Assembly (NCBI GenBank): GCA_963771075.1
Contig: CAVYSE010000018.1
Coordinates: 160,001 to 224,000, forward strand
Length of the DNA: 64,000 nt
Origin: a candidate division FCPU426 bacterium
GTDB lineage: Bacteria > Oederibacteriota > Muellerivitia > Muellerivitales > Muellerivitaceae
Direction of reading: 5' to 3'
Below the pieces are notes generated by a model. That model saw only the letters and a list, made by a program, of their open reading frames with translations. It did not search any database and was not told where the DNA came from. Of this stretch, positions 52,617 through 60,981 are shown in pieces (the stretch's first letter is position 1; each line of letters begins with the position of its first letter). The position numbers were made by a program, and so were the translations under genes.

Positions 52617-53309
52617 ATGAAACAACCATCGATTTTGATGATTGAGGACGATCCAACCGTTTCCACCGTGACTCGGGACCTCTTTATAAAGGAGGGGTAC
52701 GAGGTGAAGGGTGTTTCCAGGGCCTTGGACGGCTGGGACGCCCTGCAAAAGGGTGATTTTGACCTGCTGGTGCTCGATTTGGGGCTGCCCGACATGGATG
52801 GGTTAGAACTTTGCGCCAAGATCAAGAAGGACCCGGTCAAGGGAGCCATTCCCATCTTCATCCTGACGGCCTTGGGTTCCTCGGAAGACACGGTCAAGGG
52901 GCTGGAGGCGGGGGCAGAGGATTACCTTTCCAAACCTTTCAATGAGCGGGAATTCCTGGCCCGGGCCCGGGCGATTCTCAGGCGCCGGGAACCCTTGTTA
53001 AGGAAGGAAGAGGAGATCATTTCGGGCGCGATCCGGCTCTCCATTAATTCCCATGAGGCCTGGCGGGGGAAAGAACCCGTCCAGCTCACCCTTCGGGAAT
53101 TTGACATCCTCAAGGTTTTTCTGGCCAACCCCGGTAAGAGCCTGACTCGGGAGGAAATCGTCAAGATGGCCTGGGGGCCCAACACGACCATTGTGCCCAA
53201 GGTGGTGGATGTGCATATGGGCCACTTGAGGGCCAAGTTGGGACCGGAGGGGAAGCGGATCGCGACTGTTCCGCAGGTTGGGTACAAACTGGTGCCTCCC
53301 AAGGCTTAA
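52617..53309 (+). CDS. OmpR/PhoB-family response regulator
   Basis: IEDD, LDLGLPDMDG, LTA and KPF receiver motifs; winged helix LT.REF...VDVH...LR.KL. Confidence 0.95.
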   Translation: MKQPSILMIEDDPTVSTVTRDLFIKEGYEVKGVSRALDGWDALQKGDFDLLVLDLGLPDMDGLELCAKIKKDPVKGAIPIFILTALGSSEDTVKGLEAGAEDYLSKPFNEREFLARARAILRRREPLLRKEEEIISGAIRLSINSHEAWRGKEPVQLTLREFDILKVFLANPGKSLTREEIVKMAWGPNTTIVPKVVDVHMGHLRAKLGPEGKRIATVPQVGYKLVPPKA

Positions 53310-53333
53310 AGACGTAAGGTGAAATGTTTTTCT

Positions 53334-53510
53334 CCTTCTCCCCTACGAGGGAGAAGGTTGGGATGAGGGGGAAGGGTGTAAGTAAAACACCCCTCACCCT
53401 ATCCCATATTTCCCTTTTGGGGATATAAAAAGGACATATGGGACCATACCGACCTCCATAAAAGCTAACTCAATGGAAGGTCGGCATACCCTCTCCCTCA
53501 AGGGGAGAGG
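53334..53510. repeat. Inverted pair of BoxC/REP-like palindromic units, second copy interrupted by a two-hairpin insert
   Basis: ccttctccc..gggagaaggttgggatgagggg versus cccctcaccctat[insert]ccctctccc..gggagagg. Confidence 0.65.
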
Positions 53511-53599
53511 TTTCGTTTTATATGTGTTTGCCGATGGTAGGTTTCTGGTTGAAAATTTAGCTATAATCCCACCCTCCAAATAGCCTCGAAGGGAAAACC

Positions 53600-55120
53600 A
53601 TGACCTATCGAAATGTCGTACGGCATCTGCCAACGCTGGTCTATTCATCCATCCTCCTCCTTTCGGTGAACGCCCTCCGGGCCGAAGCTCCGGCGGCTTC
53701 CGGAATGGACCTGCCGGTCATTGAAAAAAACCTCAGTAACGGCCTCAAGGTTCTGGTGGTGGAGGAACCGGGCATTCCGGTCGTCTCCTTCTCCTATATG
53801 CAGCCCGTCGGGGCCCAGGACGCCCCCAAGGGCAAAACCGGTCTTCCCCACATGCTGGAACACATGATGTTCAAGGGCACCCAGACCATCGGCTGCAAGG
53901 ATTTCTCGAAGGAAGAGCCCATCCTGGAGGCGCAGGACCAGGTGGCCCAGGCCACGAACGAAGAAAACGCCAAGCTCGATCCCGATCCCCAGAAGCTGAA
54001 AGACCTGGCGGAGAAAATGAAACAGCTCCAACTCGATGACCGGCAATGGGTGGTGAAGGACGAGCTGGATTCCATCTATACCCAAAACGGGGGCCAGAGC
54101 CTGAACGCCTGGACCAGCCAGGACGCCACCAATTACACCGTGACCCTGCCCGCCAACAAGGTGGCGCTCTATGCCGCCATCGAGCAGGACCGCCTCACCC
54201 ACCCGGTTTTCCGCGAGTTTTATTCCGAACGCGATGTGGTGGCCCAGGAAAGGCGTTGGCGCTCCGAATCCAATCCCGAGGGCAAGCTTTACGAGGCGCT
54301 GGAATCCACCGCTTTCGCCGCCAGCCCCTACAAGGACCCCTCCATCGGTTGGATGACCGATATCCACAAGCTCATGCGGCCCGACGCCGTGAACTTTTAC
54401 AAGAGCACCTACCGGCCCGACCGGGGCGTCCTGGCGGTGGTGGGCGGGGTGAAGGCGTCCGAGATCTTTCCGCTCTTTGAGAAGACCCTGGGCCAGGTGC
54501 CCAACCCGCCGGTCGCGCCCTTGACCCAGGCTTGGACCCAGGAGCCCCCCCAGGCGGGCCCCAAGTCGGTCCGGGTCCGATTTGACGCCGACCCGATGGC
54601 GATCCTGGCCTGGCATATCCCCAATTTCCCCCATAAAGATTCGGTGACCCTGGACGTGCTTTGCGACATCCTCACCAGCGGCAATACATCCCGGTTGGTC
54701 AAAAACCTGGTCCTGGAAAAGAAAATGGCGACCTCCATCAGCGCTTCCACCGGGTTTCCGGGCGACCGGAACCCCGATTTGATGGTGATGCAGTTCGACC
54801 CGGCCGCCGGGCAAAAGAATGAAAAGATCATCGCGGCCATCGAGGCCGAGATCGCCTCCATCCGAAAGAAGGGTGTGACCCAGGAGGAATTGGACCGGGC
54901 GCGCCGAGGCGCCGAATCCTCCTACCTTTGGGGCAAAACCAGTCCCTCGGGCCTCGCGACCGACCTGGCCTACAACCAGGCGGTGCATGGGGATTGGCGT
55001 TATTTGAAAACCTACATTGAGATGGTGAGGGCCACGACCTCCGAGGATATCAAGCAGGCCGCGGGGAAATACCTGGTGGAAACCAACCGCACCACCGCCA
55101 CCCTGGAAAGGGGGAAGTAA
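53600..55120 (+). CDS. M16 family zinc peptidase, catalytic subunit, exported
   Basis: HMLEHMMFKGT (HxxEH), NAWTS.D.T.Y and ERDVV..ERR motifs. Confidence 0.92.
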   Translation: MTYRNVVRHLPTLVYSSILLLSVNALRAEAPAASGMDLPVIEKNLSNGLKVLVVEEPGIPVVSFSYMQPVGAQDAPKGKTGLPHMLEHMMFKGTQTIGCKDFSKEEPILEAQDQVAQATNEENAKLDPDPQKLKDLAEKMKQLQLDDRQWVVKDELDSIYTQNGGQSLNAWTSQDATNYTVTLPANKVALYAAIEQDRLTHPVFREFYSERDVVAQERRWRSESNPEGKLYEALESTAFAASPYKDPSIGWMTDIHKLMRPDAVNFYKSTYRPDRGVLAVVGGVKASEIFPLFEKTLGQVPNPPVAPLTQAWTQEPPQAGPKSVRVRFDADPMAILAWHIPNFPHKDSVTLDVLCDILTSGNTSRLVKNLVLEKKMATSISASTGFPGDRNPDLMVMQFDPAAGQKNEKIIAAIEAEIASIRKKGVTQEELDRARRGAESSYLWGKTSPSGLATDLAYNQAVHGDWRYLKTYIEMVRATTSEDIKQAAGKYLVETNRTTATLERGK

Positions 55121-56664
55121 TGAAAACCATTATTAAAAAAATTAACCCACAGCCAACGCAAAGCCGCAAAGCCGCAAAGAACGGCCTTTTATTACTCGAA
55201 GTATTCAATTCTCGTAACGTCTTTACGGCTTTCACCCTTAACAGAGGTGTTCGTCCTTCTTGGCGTCTTGGCGTCTTTGCGTTGGGATTTGTGGTTTCGT
55301 CTTTCGCCTTTGCCAATCCGCCCCAGTTTCCGCCCGAGAACCCGTTGGAAATTCAAGTTCCGGCCTTCTCCTTTAAAACCCTTTCCTGTGGGATCAAGGT
55401 CCTCTATTTGCATGACGACCGGCTTCCGATCGTCTCCGGGTCCCTGCGTATTCCCGGGGGGAACGTCACCGACCCGAACGGAAAAGAAGGGCTGTCTTCC
55501 TTCACGGCTTCCTTGCTTCGAAACGGCGGCGCGGGAAAGTTGAAACCGGGGGCCTTTGACACGGCCCTGGAAAACAAGGCGATTTCCCTGGGTTGTTCCA
55601 GCGAGCAGGAGGATTTCAACGCGACCTTCTCCTGCCTGTCGGAGGACCTGGAAGCGGCCTTGGGATACTACGCGGATATGCTTCGTCGGCCGGGTTTCGA
55701 CGCCAAGCGGCTGGCCGCCGAAAAGCTGGACCAGGCGGAAGCCAACCAACGCGTCGAGGACACGCCGGACGCCATCACGAGGGTGCTTTTCACCAAGAGC
55801 CTCTTCGGCCATTCCGCCTATGGGCGGTGGGGAAGCCCCGCGACGGTCAAGCGCTTCACGGCCCAGGACGTGAAAAGTTTTTACAAGACCCATTTTGGGC
55901 CCGAGGGGGCCTTGCTGGTGGTGACGGGGAAGTTCTCGGAAGAGGAGGTTTCGGCCCGGCTGGAAAAATTGTTCGAGGGATGGAAGGCCCAGCTAAAGCC
56001 CGCGGCCTTCACGGACGCCCAGCCCCTGGGCCCGGCGATCTATTTCTTCCCCAAGGACGTCACCCAGGTTTTCATCCGGTTTGGCCTGCCGGGCTTGAAA
56101 CGCCACGACCCGAACGACATCCCCCTGCAGGTGGCCAACTACGTGCTGGGCGGCTCCGGTTTTACCTCCCGGCTCATGCGGGAAATACGTTCCAACCGGG
56201 GGTTGGCCTATTTTGTGGACAGTTACTTCCTGCCCTATAACATCCGGGGTCCCTTCCAGGTGGTGGGTGGAACCCGGCCGGACTCCGTCAAGGAATACCT
56301 GACCCTCATGTTCGGCCAATTGGCCCAATACGCCAAGGAGGGCCCGACGGATGCCGAAATGGCCGCGGCCCAAAAGGGGATGATCGCGGAATACGCCTAT
56401 AACTTCGAATCCTCTTTCACGCTGGCCAATTACGAGGGCTCCCTGGCCTTCAACGGATATCCGGATGATTACCTCGCCACCTACCGGGACCAGGTCGGCG
56501 CGGTCACAAAAGAGCAGGCTGCCGCGGCGGTTCGCCAGATCCTGGACCAGAAAAATTGGGTGCTGGCGGTTTGCGGGCCGGCCGGGTTGGAGAAAGACCT
56601 GGCAGGGTTTGGGAAGGTCGTGACGGTGAAGAGCGTTTTCGATCCGCTTCCCAAGATGGAATAG
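55120..56664 (+). CDS. M16 family peptidase, non-catalytic subunit
   Basis: LGGSGFTSRL..EIR..RGLAY motif; lacks HxxEH. Confidence 0.88.
   Translation: MKTIIKKINPQPTQSRKAAKNGLLLLEVFNSRNVFTAFTLNRGVRPSWRLGVFALGFVVSSFAFANPPQFPPENPLEIQVPAFSFKTLSCGIKVLYLHDDRLPIVSGSLRIPGGNVTDPNGKEGLSSFTASLLRNGGAGKLKPGAFDTALENKAISLGCSSEQEDFNATFSCLSEDLEAALGYYADMLRRPGFDAKRLAAEKLDQAEANQRVEDTPDAITRVLFTKSLFGHSAYGRWGSPATVKRFTAQDVKSFYKTHFGPEGALLVVTGKFSEEEVSARLEKLFEGWKAQLKPAAFTDAQPLGPAIYFFPKDVTQVFIRFGLPGLKRHDPNDIPLQVANYVLGGSGFTSRLMREIRSNRGLAYFVDSYFLPYNIRGPFQVVGGTRPDSVKEYLTLMFGQLAQYAKEGPTDAEMAAAQKGMIAEYAYNFESSFTLANYEGSLAFNGYPDDYLATYRDQVGAVTKEQAAAAVRQILDQKNWVLAVCGPAGLEKDLAGFGKVVTVKSVFDPLPKME
55153..55285. repeat. 29-bp imperfect inverted repeat with 8-bp periodicity inside the 5' end of the M16 gene
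   Basis: ccaacgcaaagccgcaaagccgcaaagaa and ttcttggcgtcttggcgtctttgcgttgg, 25/29 complementary. Confidence 0.75.
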
Positions 56665-56675
56665 GGAGTTTTAGG

Positions 56676-56969
56676 TTATTGAGTTCGTGAGGCGGTCCCG
56701 GCGGGAACCGCGACAGGCGCTGCCTTGGGTTTGGACTTGTGCTTGTGGGTCGCTTGGGTTCCCGGGCAAGGGATGGGGGTTCCTTGGGCGTTCAGGCAAA
56801 GGGGTTGTCCATTGGGGCCGGAACCCGGGATGATCGTGTAATCCACATGCCCAAATTGGGGCGTGGAGGTGGGAACCGGAACGGCGGTTGAATTCGGCGC
56901 GGGATCGGCCCATATACTTCCAATGACCATCCCTAAAATGGATAAAACCAAAAATAGTTGAAGTTTCAT
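56676..56969 (-). CDS. Small exported Pro-rich protein
   Basis: AAGGAG RBS, signal peptide ending IWA, one Cys pair. Confidence 0.6.
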   Translation of the reverse strand: MKLQLFLVLSILGMVIGSIWADPAPNSTAVPVPTSTPQFGHVDYTIIPGSGPNGQPLCLNAQGTPIPCPGTQATHKHKSKPKAAPVAVPAGTASRTQ

Positions 56970-57088
56970 CGTCCATCTCCTTTTCGTGTCGAAGGGGTCA
57001 TTAAAGCCCTGCCCCAACCGCACCATTTTGACACCAATCGCCGCAAAGAGAGAAGCATCGTTCGAAAAAACACGGGCGAATTCTTTGA

Positions 57089-57117
57089 TTGATAGTTGGT
57101 GGGGTTTTCCCTAAAAT
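57089..57117 (+). promoter_or_regulatory. Sigma70 promoter for tRNA-Glu
   Basis: TTGATA-N17-TAAAAT. Confidence 0.7.
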
Positions 57118-57142
57118 TCAGCCCTCTTATGGCTTTTGACGG

Positions 57143-57217
57143 GGCCCCATCGTCTAACGGTTAGGACGGATGGTTCTCAGCCATTAAATCGGGGTTCGAT
57201 TCCCCGTGGGGCTACCA
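57143..57217 (+). tRNA. tRNA-Glu (anticodon CTC)
   Basis: Acceptor GGCCCCA/TGGGGCT, anticodon arm GATGG-TTCTCAG-CCATT, GGTTCGATTCC T-arm, encoded CCA. Confidence 0.97.
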
Positions 57218-57649
57218 AAACAAATAACCCGGGTTCATGAAAATGAATCCGGGTTTTCTTTTTGTGGGACCCCACGGGGCCGAAGGGTGCGGGAAACAGA
57301 TGTTTCCCGGTCGTTGGATGGGGTATATAGCGGGTCATTTCCCCTATAAACGGTGCTACCCCGGGGTGGCTACCAAAAAATGAACCCAGGTTCGCAAGAA
57401 CCTGGGTTTTCTTATTTTTGCCCCACGGGGTGGGACGCCGGGGCCACTATGCCCCGGCACAGACAAGATTAGGCCGAGACTTGCGGTCTCGTCCTAGTCG
57501 AAAGCTTGAAAACGGGAGTTTTCCTCTCTAGATAATCTTTTTCTGAAGGGTACATAGGGGTTCTACCCTATGGGCGGTAGCCAAGAGGGATGGGGGGAGA
57601 TAGCGGGGGTTTTTCCCCTGTGAGCGGTGTTACCCTGGGGTGGCTACCA
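57202..57649 (+). repeat. tRNA-linked iterated repeat and hairpin region
   Basis: ggctacca at 57210, 57368 and 57642; terminator-like hairpins at 57226-57263 and 57383-57420; ccccacgggg at 57270 and 57421; imperfect direct repeat 57316-57375 / 57588-57649. Confidence 0.8.
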
Positions 57650-57669
57650 TATTTGTTTTTTCACCCTCA

Positions 57670-58016
57670 GAAGTGCTCAAAAGCTCGATGAACAAAGTCG
57701 TTTCGGCGGTTCCAAATTCTCCATCCGAAAATTCATTTCCTCCGGGGAACAGTTACCATCCCTTGAAAAAATACCGCATCCCCCTCACCAATAGCATACT
57801 TTCCGATAAGGAGATTTGGGGCGACCGAGGCAACCAACCCATAATGCTTCGCCCTAACGACATGCCCCTCTACGGTCTGCCTGTTGCTACCATTTACGAC
57901 ATGATTTATAGGGCATCTGAGACACAAGACCCGATCCCTTTTATAAAACTAGGTCGCAAAACCCTTATGGCGATTGGAGAAGATGGTCCTTAAGTGTCAA
58001 GTGTTGTCCTGACCCC
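57670..58016 (+). pseudogene. Possible degenerate RAYT 3' remnant ending in a CTGACCCC terminus
   Basis: Frameshifted peptides RFGGSK..IRKFISSG, ILSDKE and GRKTL.AIGE resemble the intact RAYT's C-terminal half; gtcaagtgttgtcctgacccc ends at 58016. Confidence 0.35.
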
Positions 58017-58021
58017 ATTTT

Positions 58022-58225
58022 CGTAACCTGGACGATGCCTTTCCCCATGCCTTGCGGCTTGTCGTCTCGGAAACCGTGCCCCATTCCCGGCGGATGATCC
58101 GCTACCTGCAAGCCTGGGTCCGGGAGAAAGACCTTTCTTGGTGGTTTGTGAGTGATTTTCAGAAGCTGACGACCCGGCCTTTCGAAGACTGCTGGTATCA
58201 AATCAACCATCCCTTGGTGCAATAG
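58022..58225 (+). pseudogene. 5'-truncated gene fragment
   Basis: Open frame RNLDDAFPHALRLVVSE...HPLVQ* starting right after the CTGACCCC end, with no start codon or RBS at its 5' side. Confidence 0.4.
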
Positions 58226-58311
58226 GGGGTTCCTGGCCGTGGAAAAAATGTCCTACGGTCTTTCATTCGGACGGAACTACAAATTTTAATCTTTCGGCTT
58301 TTTTGGAGGTG

Positions 58312-58404
58312 TTTTCCCATGTTCCGATGGCGAGCCCCCCTATCTATGCATCAAGTACGGATGCAAGAAACGATAGGGGGGCTCGCCCTCTCCACACGGG
58401 AAAA
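58312..58404. repeat. Long imperfect palindrome with a 16-bp perfect core
   Basis: ggcgagcccccctatc (58329-58344) and gataggggggctcgcc (58372-58387); outer arms ttttcccatgt / acacgggaaaa; inner tgcatc / gatgca. Confidence 0.8.
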
Positions 58405-58768
58405 CTAGGAGAAGTTATTTTTTAAAAAAAGGATGAGACAAATTCAAATTAAAATCAAATACAAGAGCAAGGCAAAACAAACCGGAGCAGTATTCAGAGG
58501 GGGTAGGTTGGAATGGAAGTGGTGGGGTAGTTGGTGGTAGGTGGTTAGAAGAAGGACTGGTAATGAAAGTAATAGGCAAGGGTAGGTTGTTGGTAATAGC
58601 TGATTAAACAGGGGGTTAATCCTTCCTTGTAGCGTGAGTTTTGTATATGGAGGGTCGGTTTTTGGGGAATCATTTGAGGAAGTATAAAATCTCGGTTGTT
58701 TTGTATGGCTGCCAAAGGATAATAGACACATCAACTTCAGCGCATGAACCCAGTCGGAAGGTTTGGAA

Positions 58769-59089
58769 ATGACACAAGATCAGCTATTACCTGAAATGGT
58801 AAAGCGCATTAGGCAAGAAGTGGAACCTTTGCGGGTTCTTCTTTTCGGAAGCCGCGCCCGTGGTGGAAATCGCCCGAACAGTGATTTTGACTTATTAGTT
58901 ATCGCGCCCTCCAACCTGCCCAGGTGGAAAAGGACCGTGGGGCTTTACCAAAAGCTTTCCGGTTTGGGAGTCGCCAAAGACATTGTTTGGTGGACCCCGG
59001 AAGAAATCGAGGAATGGAAGGGCGTTAAAAGCCACTTCATCACGACGGCCATGCGGGAGGGTCAGGTCCTTTATGAAAAACCCGCATGA
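58769..59089 (+). CDS. Minimal nucleotidyltransferase (MNT) antitoxin
   Basis: LFGSRARG...SDFDLLVI; overlaps the HEPN gene. Confidence 0.88.
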   Translation: MTQDQLLPEMVKRIRQEVEPLRVLLFGSRARGGNRPNSDFDLLVIAPSNLPRWKRTVGLYQKLSGLGVAKDIVWWTPEEIEEWKGVKSHFITTAMREGQVLYEKPA

Positions 59090-59459
59090 TCATTCCCGGG
59101 GACTTCTGCTAAAGGCTTCAAACGATTTATATTCTGCGGAAGATATTCTTACCGGCGGTCGTGCCTTTGACATGGCCTGTTTTCATGCCCAACAAGCCGT
59201 TGAAAAATGCCTTAAAGCTTTATTGGCGTCCGCTGATGAGGAATATCCCCTGCGCCATGACCTAGGGGAATTATTGGAGCATGTTAAGACCCGGTTCCCT
59301 GATCTGGATTTACCCTTAGAGGAGATTATGAGACTTGCCCCCTATGCCGTTGAGGTCCGTTATGACGATGAGTTTTATCCGAACCGAGAAGATGCACAAA
59401 AGGCGATTGAAACGGCCCGGTTGATAAATGAAAAGGTAACAGCGCATTTGAAACAGTAA
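59073..59459 (+). CDS. HEPN-domain protein
   Basis: A..DL..A, CFHAQQAVEK.LKA, HDL..L and RY motifs. Confidence 0.88.
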   Translation: MKNPHDHSRGLLLKASNDLYSAEDILTGGRAFDMACFHAQQAVEKCLKALLASADEEYPLRHDLGELLEHVKTRFPDLDLPLEEIMRLAPYAVEVRYDDEFYPNREDAQKAIETARLINEKVTAHLKQ

Positions 59460-59476
59460 ATTTTAAAAGGACTTTT

Positions 59477-59806
59477 ATGGCACTTATTCAATGCCCAGAA
59501 TGTAAGACAGATATTTCAGATAAAGCCGCTAGTTGCCCTAAATGTGGGAATCCCATGATAGTTTCAAAGGCATCGGAAAATTCCGATAAACCTGATGGGA
59601 ATTTACCGAGAAAATATGCAAATGTGGGTTTTATTTTAGGAATAATACTTTGGTGGGGTGGGTGTGCACAATTTCGAATCGATTTTGAATTTAATGATTT
59701 ACCTACTTTAATATTTTATGCTCTTTTAAGTGGTGCTGCTTTTTCTGCCTTTGGGTATTTAATGGGAGTGGCCAGCTCAAAAAACGTTAAAAGCTTTAAA
59801 AAATGA
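59477..59806 (+). CDS. Zinc-ribbon membrane protein
   Basis: MALIQCPEC...SDKA.SCPKCG plus two TM helices. Confidence 0.8.
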   Translation: MALIQCPECKTDISDKAASCPKCGNPMIVSKASENSDKPDGNLPRKYANVGFILGIILWWGGCAQFRIDFEFNDLPTLIFYALLSGAAFSAFGYLMGVASSKNVKSFKK

Positions 59807-60435
59807 ACAAATCACTATTTTTATTACTCGGTTTCCTTTTTCTTGTTCCGCTACTTGGGTTTACTCAAGACGTTTCCTCAGTTATGTCATCCTTAAAAAT
59901 CAAAAACAATGATGATCTTAAGAATTCATTGGCAGACATGAATGCTGGCTTGAACTTATATTTTCAAGAAGATTATAAAAATTCCGCGATTATTTTTAAA
60001 AGGGTTGAGGAACAAGGAGAAGGAAGATCCCCTAAATGGTCGATTGAAAATGGAGTTGTAGGAACTTTTGCGGGTTATGTATGGATCAGCTGTATTAATA
60101 AAATTTTAGATAAAGAGAGCGTTAATGAATTGGTTAGTGATGGAGTAATGATTGATTTTATTAAAACCCAGTTGGACCTTTATGGTCAAAGCGGGACGGG
60201 TGCAAGGGCATGTTTAACATCATATCAATCAAGCGAAGCAAATGAAGGACTCAATCAGACTTCTTTGGGTAACATACACGATGGTGATTTTGCTGTATTT
60301 GAAGAAGTAACAAATAACAGTAATAAGTATATGTGCGAACTTGAGTATGGTTCTGATGGTTCGATCCATGTAAAAGCTTGGAAACGTCCAGGGTTGTTGC
60401 AAAAGCTTTGGCAGAAAATATCTGGTGGGAATTAA
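59803..60435 (+). CDS. Exported hypothetical protein, AT-rich
   Basis: Signal peptide; ATGA overlap with the upstream gene. Confidence 0.65.
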   Translation: MNKSLFLLLGFLFLVPLLGFTQDVSSVMSSLKIKNNDDLKNSLADMNAGLNLYFQEDYKNSAIIFKRVEEQGEGRSPKWSIENGVVGTFAGYVWISCINKILDKESVNELVSDGVMIDFIKTQLDLYGQSGTGARACLTSYQSSEANEGLNQTSLGNIHDGDFAVFEEVTNNSNKYMCELEYGSDGSIHVKAWKRPGLLQKLWQKISGGN

Positions 60436-60441
60436 CATTTT

Positions 60442-60981
60442 TTGACTGGGGTTGAATTGAAAAAACCTATCTTGTTGGAAAACAGCCGTCTCCGAAAATC
60501 GATTAAAACGGCTCGGAAAAACTGGAAAAATTGGAAAGATGTGTATGAACACCATGGCCCAAGATATAAAAATCCTCTACTTATTTGTCCAAATAGGTTT
60601 AGAGAATTTTGCAAAGAATATTCTGTTATTCGGACAATACAAAAAGGAAATGTTGAGGGATTACGAAAACGGCTGGCCAAAATAAACTCATTTGAGTTGG
60701 CCATTAAGGACAACACGGGCAAAACATTTGATAGATTCGAAAAGCGGTTGAGGCCGAAATTTGGAATTCATCACAAGAATAGGTTGACTTCGGTATTGTC
60801 GAAGGTTGCAGCTTTCTTAAAACCACAAGTATTTGTTGCCTGGGATCAGTACGCCAAGATAGGAGTAAAAAAGGTTCTTAGTCAAAAAAGCGCTATCCAA
60901 GTAGACACTTACGAGAATTACATTGGGGCTTTTGAAATGGCCTGGAAACAACATAAACCTGATGCGCCAACAGTAATAAAA
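60442..60981 (+). pseudogene. Basic hypothetical protein, 3'-truncated by the mobile element
   Basis: ORF runs into the left inverted repeat at 60982; its last ~21 codons derive from the element. Confidence 0.5.

Noticed and set aside
57202..57649. tRNA-linked repeats as CRISPR or extra tRNA genes
   Set aside because: Repeats are short, degenerate and unevenly spaced; no anticodon or T arms in the copies.
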